A stretch of 64,000 nt of DNA from Vicugna vicugna (Eukaryota), in assembly GCA_013265495.1 (NCBI GenBank), contig MU060807.1, forward strand, positions 428,921 through 492,920. The letters run 5' to 3'. A program made the translations under genes and the position numbers. The notes under the pieces are model-generated. The model was not told where the DNA came from, did not search any database, and was given only the letters and a program-made list of their open reading frames with translations. Position 1 is the first letter of the stretch; each line of letters begins with the position of its first letter. This document shows, in pieces, positions 37,401-49,400 of the stretch.

Positions 37401-40400
37401 CAGCGACTTGTCACTGGCGCCGGTTCCCTCTCTGGAGAGGCTCTTGGGTCCCTTAGGTGCCCTTCTGATTTCTAGTGTGGTTGCCAACACCCGTGCGCGC
37501 CCAAGCGAGGCAGCGTGGGTGTGGTGCTTTAAAGAGCCTGTTAGGCTGTCTGGGGCAAACGCCGGGAAGATGTGGATTTATGGCAAAGGCTGCTGAGAAA
37601 TTAAATAAACAGGGCATGTTAGGGAGATCTCATCACCATGAGCTTTGTTTACTCTGGTCCATCGCAGAGACATCATAATACTTAGCTATTATCTGGGCCG
37701 TTTATGTAATGTTTCATTGTCCAGACTGGTAAGTGGGACCCGTATTTCACGTTGACCTGCTCTGTGATTGCATCGACGCTTCCTTTTACTTCTGTCTGCT
37801 CTCCACTGGTAATAGCTTTTAAGCTTTATTTCTCTCTCTGCCCATACTGTGCCTTTTCTAAGAGATCTTTGTCTGAAAAGAAAGACGTGGGTAGGGGTGG
37901 GGGGGCACCATTTAAAGTACCAAACTTTGCAGGGGAGGGTGCAGCGTGGTGGTAGAGGACGTGCCTAGCTTGCATGAGGTCCTGGGTTCAAGCCCCAGTA
38001 CCTCTATTTAGATAAATAGTGAATAAAACTGACACAACATTAAAAACTGACTACACTTCAGTAAAAAAAAATCTATGTACACAAAAAATAGTGAATAAAC
38101 CTAATTACCTCTCCCCCTCAAAAAGGATTAATTACAAAAATTTTTAAATAAAATCAAGAAAATAAACTACCAAATGTTATGTAGTAAAGAACTATTGTGA
38201 AAGGCAAATAGCCTCTAATGTACAGTTTTTTTGGCCTGATCTTTTTTCTTAACTATTTTTTAACTGAAGCACAGTCAGTCACACTGTGTCAGTCTCTGGT
38301 GCACAGCGCAGTGCCCCAGGCATGCGTAGACACACAGCAACGTACAATTTCAATTCTATGTACATCTCTCCCTTTATAGAGTAGAAGTGTCCTCGAAAAC
38401 TTAGGTATAAGTCAGAATGTTGCCAGATAGGGCAGTATTGCACAGCGTAAATGGTGCTTATTATTTAAAGGAAGATTTATGGAAACCGTATGCACCCTCT
38501 GTCTTCTTTTTCTGTTCTGTGCGTTGAGCTTTCCAAGCATTAAACGAATCTCTTGGAGCGGGGTAGACCTGCATCACGCCTGCGTGGGACCCACACGACT
38601 CTTCACCCCGACGCCGTCTGGAATAGCTTCTCCCTGCGCAGATCCTGGACCTCCCTTGCTTATGACCAAGGAGGTGTGCTGAGAAATGCCCCAGAAATGT
38701 CCCAACTACCCATGTGTGTTTCTCTGGTTTTCCTCTCAGGAGTCTAAGCCAGATTTTGTGAAGTTTGGGATTCTACATGCACTGTTTTTGCGCTAGCGAA
38801 CTTGCTTCTCTTTTTGCCCCGTAACGTGAGTGATCAGGAGTTAAGTATCGACGTAAATCCTTGGTGATGGGAAGTCACTTTGCAAGCTGGGGTCTCCCGA
38901 ACGTCGGCGTGCACGTGAACTGCCATCTGTCTGGTCGGTGTCGAGTGCCGAACACCCTCAGCATGAAGACAGTGTTACAGCTGGTTGGATTCGCAACATG
39001 GGCCCTGAATCTGTAGCCTTTGTTTTGCAGATAAAGACCACCATGATGGACGTAGAATTTCCACTGATAAAGTCAGAGCTGGAAGCAATCGATGTCAAAT
39101 TACTGGATGCCGAAACAACACTGTACTGGAATGGAGATGGTACCAAAGCCACATTCTTTTTTTTTATAATCTTTTTATGAGGGGAGGTAATTAGGTTTAC
39201 TTATTTCCTTTTGATGGAGGTACTGGGGATTGAACCCATGACCTTGTGCATGCTAAGCATGTGCTCTACCACTGAGCTGTACCCTCCTCCTCAAAGCCAC
39301 ATTTGTTTCCCCTTGGGTTACACCTGGGCGGGGTGGACGTGGATGGAGGGGAGTCCAGCCTGTCTGGCATCTGGAGTTCGTGGATGGAATTAATGGTCCG
39401 CCTGCCTGGGGACGGGAGGTCCTGTTCTGGAAGAGGCACAATGTGTGCGACGCCTCAGCCTTGGTTTTGGGAAGCTCCCCAGGATGACTCCTGGCTCAGG
39501 CCCCGGGAAGTGGATGTCCTCGCCGAGCACTGCGTCCTAACCATGAGTGTGAAGCCAGCACTTGCTGAATCGTCGATTTTCTAAGATTCCTTTCTGCTTC
39601 CATTCTTAGGTGTATTTGAATATATTCAAGAGATGCGGGAAATTCTACACAACTTGCAGAACAGGATACAGAAGGCAAAGCGAAATGTAGAGGGAGTTTC
39701 CCAGGCCATGAAGGTGAGTCGCCTGCAGAGAACAGAGCGGGGCTGGAATGGGGGCCTGGGAGGCGGTCCTGGGGAAGTGGCCCCACGGAGATGCTCACGG
39801 AAAGTGCCCAAGGCGGCAGGGTCGGGGGCTGCTTTCTGAGGCTCTGGTTCCCACGGTGATGATGTCAGGGTGGCCCCAAGCCACAAGAGCCCCAGGTCAC
39901 TCTGTGGAATTCCATTCTGTTTGCTTTTGTTTAGCCCGGAGAGTGTGTGGGCAGGTCCCCTCTGCCAGGTGGGCTCTTAGGAACAAGGCAGGGGAGCCGG
40001 TGAAGATCGCTAAGATCAGCAACACCAGAACACGCCCATCCCTCGATGCAGAGCAGCCCAGGTCCTTTCTCTCAAGCCTGATCCAGAAACCTTGGGGTCA
40101 GCCCTCACTAGCGCCGCCCCCCGCCACAGTCTGTCCTCTGCGCCAGAATTTGCAGACACCCGCAGTGGGGCCGTGGCTAAGTTGCTCACAAGAACACAGC
40201 TCTTATGTCTTGAGACTCCTGGGGCTCATCAGGGCGTGAAATGCTCCTGTGTTACAGTTCACATGCATTTCATCACCACCCGCTTAGATTTAACTCAGTA
40301 AATTGTAGGCGAAAGCCACGGCTCACACCATTTTTTTCTGATGCAATTTTTTATTTGAATGGACTATTTCCGCATGTTATTGCCTCAGAAAGGTGACCTC

Positions 40401-43400
40401 CTTTCAGAGTCCTTGCTTGTCCAAAGATAACTTTTGATCTCACCTGTAGCTCTGTTGTCCAAGTGAAGGACTTTTTGATATGGTCCTTTTCTTCCAATGG
40501 TCTAAAAGCATCCCTGGCTTTGCTCAGGCCGCCATGATTAAATGCCGGAGGCCGGGCTGCTCAAACCGCAGATGTGTCTTGTCTCACAGTCCTGGAGGCT
40601 GGAGGCTGCAGGCTGGAGACCGAGGTGCCGGCAGGGCTGGTTGCTTCTGAGGCCTCTCCCCTCGGAGTGCAGACGGCCGTCTCCCCCACACCCGCCGCGT
40701 CCGCACACAGTCGTCCCTCTGTGTGTGTCTGTGTCCTCATCCCCTCTTCTCATCAGGACGCCAGCCATATGGGAGTAAGGGCCCCCCTCACAACCTCACT
40801 TTAACATCATCACCTCTTTAAAGATCCTCCTTTCAAATGCAGTCACATCCTGAGATGTTAGAGGTTAGGACTTCAATGTGTAACATCGGTGGGGGACCGA
40901 GGGGGACGCAGCTGAGCCCGCAGCCACCCTGTCTCGTAGCTTCAGTGTGGGGAAGGCCGGCAGCGGCCTGCCTCCCCTTTGCTGCCCCCCCGACTCTGTC
41001 CGGAGGTGGGCAGAGCCCTTGATCATCTCCGGGGCTCCAACAGGTCACCAGAGTGTATCCAGATGTGACCCCTAGATTCAGAGTGCTTTTAGTTTGAAAA
41101 TGGCAGCAGCTCCCCAGCCCCCGGGCACCTCCTCCGGTCACTCATACTCTCTTATGCGGCCCTTCCTGTCCTCCTGGACTCTCACCGTCTCCATGTTCGT
41201 CTCCGGGTCTGGCCACCAGACGCCCTCGTCCCCAGCTCCCAAGGTTCCCGGATGAAAAACTCAGACGCGCCTTCCCAGGAGGGGGGCTCCTTCCAGGCCT
41301 GATTGTGGGGGAGCACCCGGGGGTGTCTCCGTGGTCCCCCGAGGCCCCAGCTGGTGTTGAGTTACATCGTCTGAGGCTCGCTGGCCAATGGTTCTCACAG
41401 CCCCTCAGCCTCTGCGGGGTCAGCCCGGGACAAGGGTGCTCGCTCCAAAGGGTGTGTCATGCAGGAGCCGAGCCCCAAGCCTTTGCTCCAAACGCTCTCC
41501 TCACACTTGCATTATCCTTCCAGGACTGGTCGGCCAACCCGATGTTTGAGAGGAAGGACAACAAGAAAGAGGCCCTGCTTGACTTGGATGGGAGGGTGAC
41601 CAATCTGACCAAGCGCTACACTGCGGTCAAGGATGCCGGCCTGAAGATCCAGGCCATGGTCGCGGTAAGGAGACACCCAGGGGGACCTTTAAGGGCCCAC
41701 ATGCTTTCAGTTGATGGGGAGAGAGGAGGGAGAGAGACACATTTCTNNNNNNNNNNNNNNNNNNNNNNNNNNNNNNNNNNNNNNNNNNNNNNNNNNNNNN
41801 NNNNNNNNNNNNNNNNNNNNNNNNNNNNNNNNNNNNNNNNNNNNNNNNNNNNNNNNNNNNNNNNNNNNNNNNNNNNNNNNNNNNNNNNNNNNNNNNNNNN
41901 NNNNNNNNNNNNNNNNNNNNNNNNNNNNNNNNNNNNNNNNNNNNNNNNNNNNNNNNNNNNNNNNNNNNNNNNNNNNNNNNNNNNNNGCTCCTGCCTGGTC
42001 CCGGGCGTACCGCGGAGGGCTGGAGATGTAAGGGTGGAAAGAATAGTCGTCCCCTGCCCTCGGGAAGTGTGGCGTCAGGGCAGGTCCAGACCACAGACAA
42101 ACACGTAATTCAGAGTTGCCATCGTTGCCATCAGAGGCACCAGTATGGATTGCTAGAGGGAACACAAGTCGGGGGCAGGGACAGGAGCCAAACCTGAATG
42201 GCCACTGGGGGGCTTTGTGCAGAGGTGACGTTTGAGCTGAAACCTGGAAGTTGGAAAGAAGCAGTACCTGGCGTGAGCAGGAGGGGGCAGCCCGTGCAGA
42301 GTCGCTGACGTAGGTCAGCCTGGTGCGTTGAAGAAGCTAAAAGCAGACCTCTGTGGATGGAGTGTGTACGGGAGGGCAGGGGTAGCCCAGAGAGTCACCG
42401 AATAAATTGATGAAAGCGAGAACGGTGCACCAGTGAAGGGACAGCCAGCCATTGGTTCTGTTTGCAGGAAAACGCCGACCTCTTCAGAGCCGACGTGACA
42501 AGCCAGTCCTGGAAAGATTATGTCAACTACATTGACAGCATGGTCTTAGAGGAATTTGAACGTTTCATTCGCAAGTCTCTAAATTACCTAATGGACAACA
42601 TGGTTGTCGATGTAAGTTACAAATGTGGGCTATTATGCGTGCGCGTACATGGGCGTGAGCAACATAAATAAGAGAGAAGGTTTCTGTTGGGCGCGCCTCC
42701 ACGCCGCCACCTGGCACGTGAGGCTGGCAGCCTTACGGGGGGTCCAGGGACAGACACGGTTCCGATGTGCACGCTTGGTCAGCGGAGCCCCAGGGGACAG
42801 GAGGACTTGTCCTTTCTGAATCTCAGTGAGGGCTGCCCTGCCCGGCTGTGACCACCCTCCGCCCGCTCCTCTGTGGCTGTGGCCGCCGCACTAGTCCTGA
42901 GCCACCGCCACCCTACATGCTCTGGGTGGTAGCCATTCACTTCGTCCTTACAGTGACCCAGAGGGATGGGGGAAGTTACCTCCTTCGTTCTACGAAATGG
43001 CTCTTCTCCTTTTATATACTTGGGGAAACTGGGAGGTCAAGGTTCTTGCCCAAGGCCACATAGCTGGTGAGTGACAGATGAGGACTCTGGACCAAGGAAG
43101 CTGGTCCTTCCTCTGCACTCACGCTGCCCTACCCCGCCCTGGATGCCCAGCCTGCATTTGGCCCTCGGGTGGTGCATTTGGCTGCACATTTCTTGCCCAA
43201 GGGCCTTCTGGGAAGCATGCCCTCTGCAGTGGTCCCAGCCAGCGAGAGTTGGCCTGGTAACTTGGATGCTGCCAGGGTGAACATCTCCGTGCTGTGAACG
43301 CTGCGGCTGAGGGGGAGGCATTGACCCCGCGATGGCCTGTTTCAGGAGAGTGTCGCGCCGCTGTTTGAGGTTCACATGGAGCTAGAGGAGGACGGGCTGG

Positions 43401-46400
43401 TCTTCAGTCCGTCCCTGGAGGTCAGCGGGGACTATGGCTTCCTGGAGCTGATTGGGAGCCTGGTCACTGACATCTACAACGTGGCCAAGCTCATCCCCCG
43501 GCTGGCCAAGGGCAGGATGAGCTACAAGGTCAGTCTATCTGTCCCTACCAGCGAGTGCTCCCCTGGGTCAGGACTGCCTTCCTGACTTGGCACATTTTTC
43601 ATGATGATGGTTCTGAAGCTTCTGTTATCTCAGGAGCTGGTGGGTAGATGGGGGGGTAGTGGGGTGGATGGGTAGATGGATGAACGGTAGGTGAATGACT
43701 TCTCCATCGGCCTGGCTTTCATTCCCCGGCCACCTCCCCACCCCCAACACTCTGCCAAGAGTGTGCCCCTCCTCCACTTCCTGTTATTTCACTCTCTCCC
43801 TTAATTTAAGCACTGTGATTCTCTGAGCCCTCAGGCCCTTTGACAAACGTGCTTTCCACTGGCTCCCACATCTGTTTGCTCCCAATGCGTTAAAACGCAG
43901 TCAGGTCAGATCGTGGGGATGTGCAGGTGTAAGAAGCTCAGCCCCACTGAAGGGCGGTCCCAGGAGGTGTGTGTGTGTGAGAGCACAGTCTGTGTGACAG
44001 TCAAACAAAAACGACCACCAGATGGGGGAGTCCTTCAGTGGACTCCGGCCCACCCAGGCAAAGGCATCTGGACGAGGCACACCAGAGCGCAGGACGGCTG
44101 GACACCCGTGATGTGTTACCAGTGTTTGTCTCGTACAGCAGTGTTTGGAATACGATCCCATTCATACAAACAAACGAAAGCCTGTCTGCCCGTGGACACA
44201 CTCCGAACCGTTGAGAGTGCTTGCTTCTGGGAACAGGATGGGGGTTAAGGATGGAGGGGGCCAGGGGCTGCAAAGGGGCTTTTTACTTCATATGTGTTTA
44301 CGTTGTTTGAACTTCTCGATGATGGGCGTGTATTATTTGTAATAACAAGTATTGACAGCAAGATGCTCTGTGCTGTTAGGGAGAGGGGCGTGTGTGTGTG
44401 TGTGTGTAGTGAGGTGAGGACCAAGAGGAGACACCTGGCAGGGTCACGGTGGGCTTCCTGGAGGAGCTGACGTGCGTTCTGCGTCCTGAAGGGTGAGAGG
44501 GGATTCCCAGGCAGAGAGGATGGCTTGAAGATTCCCGAGCTGCAAAACGGTGGTGTCCCCGGCCCAAGCACATGCAGCAAAATGTTGCAGAGATCAGAAC
44601 AGAGTTTACCACCAGCTGTCAGCTCAGGTAGAGACGTGGGACCCAACTCAGGCCGGTGAGAGCCAAACGCCCACATGAGCTCCAGAATCTGACAGGATGC
44701 CCGTCTGGGGCTCCTGCTTCCTCCCCGGGGCACTGAAGGGACAGGACAGGACAAATGAGGACAAGGGTCCTGGCGGTCTGGCCACGCCCCGGGCTGTGCA
44801 GGGCCCTGCCCTGCTCTCATCCGTACCTGTGAGATTTGAATTTATGGAGGTGACTGCGTGACAATGTGGAGAGATCAGAGCCATTGACAGAAAACTTGAA
44901 TGCCACTCACGTTGCCCCCAGAAACGAGAGGCGCGGCAGGCCACGCGGGGCCGCAGGGGGCAGCGGGCCTGGGCAGGAGCAGGAGCAGGTGGAGGGAAGC
45001 CCGGCCGGGGGCTTTGCTGGGGTTTCTGCAGGAAGGCAGGACAGGGAGGGGGAGCAGCTCGGGTCTGGCCGGTTTGTATAATGTTGGGGGGCTCTGGGCT
45101 CTAGGGGTTGTCTCCAGTTACCTGGTACCTGGCCTGGGATGGTCACGGCAGGGGGAGGGTTGGCTTGGAGCGTGAGGGTTAGTTCGATAAAGGAGGTGGG
45201 TGGGGAGCTGGCTGGTTTGTACATGCGAAGTGTGCTGGTTTCCCAGCTCTTTCCCCTCTTAGAACTGGCCGGCGCTGTGAGGGGCAGTCTCTCCCCAGCT
45301 AGCAAGACTTTTTAAGATGTCAAAGCTTCTTAAGAGACAGAACATTTAAAAACATGATTAAGATGCACCCCGACCTTGAGATTCTCCAGCTGCATGAGCC
45401 CAGTAGCTGTCTTTTTGCTGACACCAATTTGGGTTGGGTTTTCTGTCACTTGAAACTCAGAAGACCCTGCCTAGCCCAGATCCCCCTCAGTGCTCCTGCT
45501 CTGGCCGTCCATGTGGTCCTCATTCAGGTCCTCAAACGCCTGCCTCCCCCAGCACAGGGCCTTTGCATGTGCTACGCTTCTCCTCTTGCTCTTTACCTAC
45601 GTCCGAGAGCTCCCAGACCAGTTCCTCAGGGAGCCTTCCTGAGACCTCCTCCCCATGACACCCGAAAGCAAGGGGCGGAGTCGTGATGGCTCATTTCTGT
45701 GACTTTTTTTGATGAACGTCTGACTCCTCTCCTGGACTGTCCCCACCATATGAGCCCTGTCCCCATCCCCAGTGCCCCCTCCCCAGCGTGCACACAGCAG
45801 GTGCTGAGTAACTCCTGAATGAGTGAAGGGACGTGTGAGTCTCCCAGGGGCCTGCTGGGCGAAAGGCAGGGGCAGTGTGTCTTCTCAGGAGAACACTGCC
45901 CTTGGACAACTCCCCCCACGTCCCATCTTGAGAGGTCAGCGACGCTTGCACCGACCGAGAGCCCCTCCCTTGGGCTGGGAGACCAGATTCAAGCCGCGAT
46001 CCCGAGCAAAGCGCTCACAGGTCTGCTCCCCTCCCGCCCCCTCCCAGACCGACCTGGAAGACACGACGGACCTCATAGAGATGCGAGAGGAGATATCCAG
46101 CCTGGTGATCACCGCCATGAAGGAGGCCGAGGAGTACCAGGACTCCTTCGAACGCTACTCCTACCTCTGGATGGACGACCCCCAGGAGTTTATGAAGAAC
46201 TTCCTCACCTACGGGCGTGCCATCAGCCCAGAGGACTTGGACACCCGGGCCGAGGAGACCCTCCCGAAGACGCCGCCCACCCTCACGCAGTTCCAGCAGC
46301 AGGTGTGTGTGAACCTGGCCCCACTGGCTTCCTCACCGCCAGGATCCCCCCCCCGTGGAGGGTCCCTGCGCTTGATTTAAAACTTGAACTTTTTTTTTTA

Positions 46401-49400
46401 ATTGAAATACGGTTGATTTACAATATTGCATTAGTTTCTGGTGTACAGCAGAGTGATTCACTTATACTTCGTTACTTCTCATATTTTTCATTATAGGTTG
46501 TGACAAGCTAGTGAATATAGCTCGCTGTGCTCCACAGCAGGACCTTGTTCATCTGTTTTATATATAGGAGATTCTATCTGCTAATCCCAAGCTCCTCTAA
46601 TTTATCCCACCCCCGTCCCCTTTCCCACGTGGTAACCATAAATTTTCTATGCCTGTGAGTCTTTTTCTGTTTTGTAAATAAGTTCATTTGTATCATGTTG
46701 TAGATTCCACATCTAAGTGGTACCCTATGGTATTTGCCTTTCTCTGTCTGACTTACTTCACTTAGTATAATCATCTCTAGGTCCACCCATGTTGCTGCCA
46801 GTGGCATTTCATTCTGGGTAAACTTTTTTAAAATGCAAGTTTTAGTATCATTTCACATACAGAGAGACCAGCAGATCAGGAGACAACTGTTGTTGAAAAG
46901 AGAGTTTGTGACTCACAGTTCCCAAGAGGAGGAGGGCACGCCGTGTCAGGCAGGGCCACTTGGGGAGGCACCGACGTCCCTCAGGAGGCAGAGGGACTGA
47001 GGGGACGTCGTGGCTGACAGCTGTACCGTGGTCTTCATGGGGACGAGCGGGCAAGGTGGAGCAAGCGGGCTTCGGATGGGCCGGAGTGCGTCAGCTCAGT
47101 GGACTCGGGTGTGCGCGGGCTGTCCCGAGCTGTCAGGCACCTGGCCCTGGGGTGAGTAGGGCAGGTGGGCAGTGGCCTGGAGTGTGACAGCCCCACAGAG
47201 AAGGGGGTGGGCTCTGGTTGGTGGTTTGCATATGAGCGGTGTGGTCCTGGAGGGTTGTCTGCCATCTCTAGGAACTAGCCAGCCCTAGGATGGGCAGTCC
47301 CTCCAGGGTCAGTGAGGCCCCAGATGCCAGAGCATCTTTAGAGAACGTGAGAAAACATAGCTCGGTTATGAACCTCCACTTTTTTCCCCAAAGCACGATG
47401 AAGGTGACCCACCCATAGGGGAGATGCGCAGGGCTGGGGGTACATTTTGCCCCACAGCGGGGGGGACGGCTGGCTGGCGGAGCTTCAGAGCCCTGAGGAT
47501 GCGCAGCAGTGGGAAGAGGGCTGAGTTGAGGGAGGCCTCGAGGGCGCCGGGGACCCCATCACCTCTTAAACCTTCCATCCTGCTCTCCTTCCAAAGCCCT
47601 GCGGGCTTGCTGGGCTGTGTCCCTTTCTGACAGGCTGTCCGGTGTCCGGGGTGGACTGCTGGGCCCCCGGGACCCCTGGGGTGTTGGGAGAAGGCCACCA
47701 GCAGTAAGCGCCTCCCAAGTGCCCACGAGCTGCGCCGGCCCCGCCCCACCCCCACCCCCGGCCACAGCAGCCCAACAAGCGGGGGGGCCGTGTCTTCCAG
47801 ATCGACTCCTACGAGAAGCTGTACGAGGCGGTGTCCAGGTGCGGGAACACCAAGGTGTTCAGCGGCTGGCTGCAGTGTGACTGCCGCCCCTTCAAGCAGG
47901 CGCTCCTCAACACCATCAAGCGCTGGAGCTTCATGTTCAAGCGCCACCTGAGCAACCACGTCGTCAACAGGTGGGTGCAGTGACCCGCCCCCCCCCCCCC
48001 CCCAGACACAGACCTGCCCCCGGAGAGCCCTGCGCCGGGGCACCTGGAAGTGGCCTCCCACGAAGTCTGGTCGGTCGGGCACCTCCCCGCACCCCGACTA
48101 CGCTGGGGGGCGGAGGTCAGGCTCACAGGCCGGCAGAAAGGTGTCCCCTGGCTGGGAGTGAAGGCCCTCTTCCCCTATCTGTGGCTTCTTTACTGAGCAC
48201 TTACTGTGCCCTGCGTTGGGCAGGGAAGCCTGGTGTGAAATGAGCGGACAGGGACCTGTGCAGGTACAGGTGGTGCGGGGCTGGGAGGAGTGCGGAGCCA
48301 GGAGAGCTGCAATCCAGCTCCTCCATCCGGGGGCCCGGCTGAGGCCTCTCTGGGCCTCGCCCATCAGCTTAGCTGGTGAGGCGCGGGGTGTGTGCAGGCA
48401 GGGAAGAGGAGGGCAGGCCTGTCACCGGCCACCTCTCACCCCTCAGCCTTGCTGACCTGGAAGCCTTCATGAAAGTTGCCAGGGCGGGCCTGACGAAGCC
48501 CGTCAAGGAGGGGGACTATGACGGCCTCGTGGAGGTGATGGGGCATCTGATGAAGGTCAAGGAGAGGCAGACAGCCACCGACAACATGTTCGAGCCCCTG
48601 AAGCAGACCATTGAACTGCTCAAGTCCTACGGGGAGGAGATGCCCGAGGAGGTGCACATGAAGCTGCAGGTAGACGGGCTGGGGCTGCATCATCGCGGGA
48701 GCGGGAGCCACGGGTGCAGCCGGAGGAGGGTGGCCGTTGTGACACGAGACCTGCGGGGCTAGGCCTCCTTCTAGACAGTGGTGGGGAGTGGGAGAAGGCT
48801 GCCCGGAGAGGAGGGGACAGGGAGGTGGCCTGCAATTCTTCGACTTGATTGGTGTTTCATTGGATTAAAAATGCCTTCACGTCCCACGTCTCCCCGAGGG
48901 CAGCGGGAGCCTGGGCGTGAAGGATGGTGGACAGAATGGGGCCAGCAGCCCGGAAGGACAGTGGGGCAGCTGCTTTCAGAATCCCCCAACCCAGCAGGCC
49001 GCCGGCCAGCTGCAGTCCCCACGTGGGACAGACAGGCCACAGCAAGGCGCTTGAAGGGGACTTGAAGACGCCCAGTACTTTACAGCTAATTTAGAGAATG
49101 CTGGTGTCAGAGCAGCTGTGTGTGCAGCTGGGCTGGGAGCGGGAGGGGCGGGGGGGACAGAGAAGATGGGTCCTGAAGCCGCGGCCCAGACACCCCCCTG
49201 GAGTTTCAGTCTCCTCCCAGATCTGGCTGCCTCCACCCACTCTCCCCTTCTCTGCCAGCACTGGTACTGTGTCCAGTCGCACTGGCCTCACTCCCCCTGC
49301 AGGGAAGTGCTGACTCCAGCCAGTGGCCAAGACGCCACAGCAGAGGGCATGACAGGAGTGTGTGTCAGTGGCTTTGGTGACACCAGGCTGCCCAGGCCCT

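Noticed and set aside
41747-41986. Hidden exon in the intron 17 gap
   Set aside because: Exons 17 and 18 join in phase with continuous DNAH17-like protein (…IQAMVA-ENADLF…).
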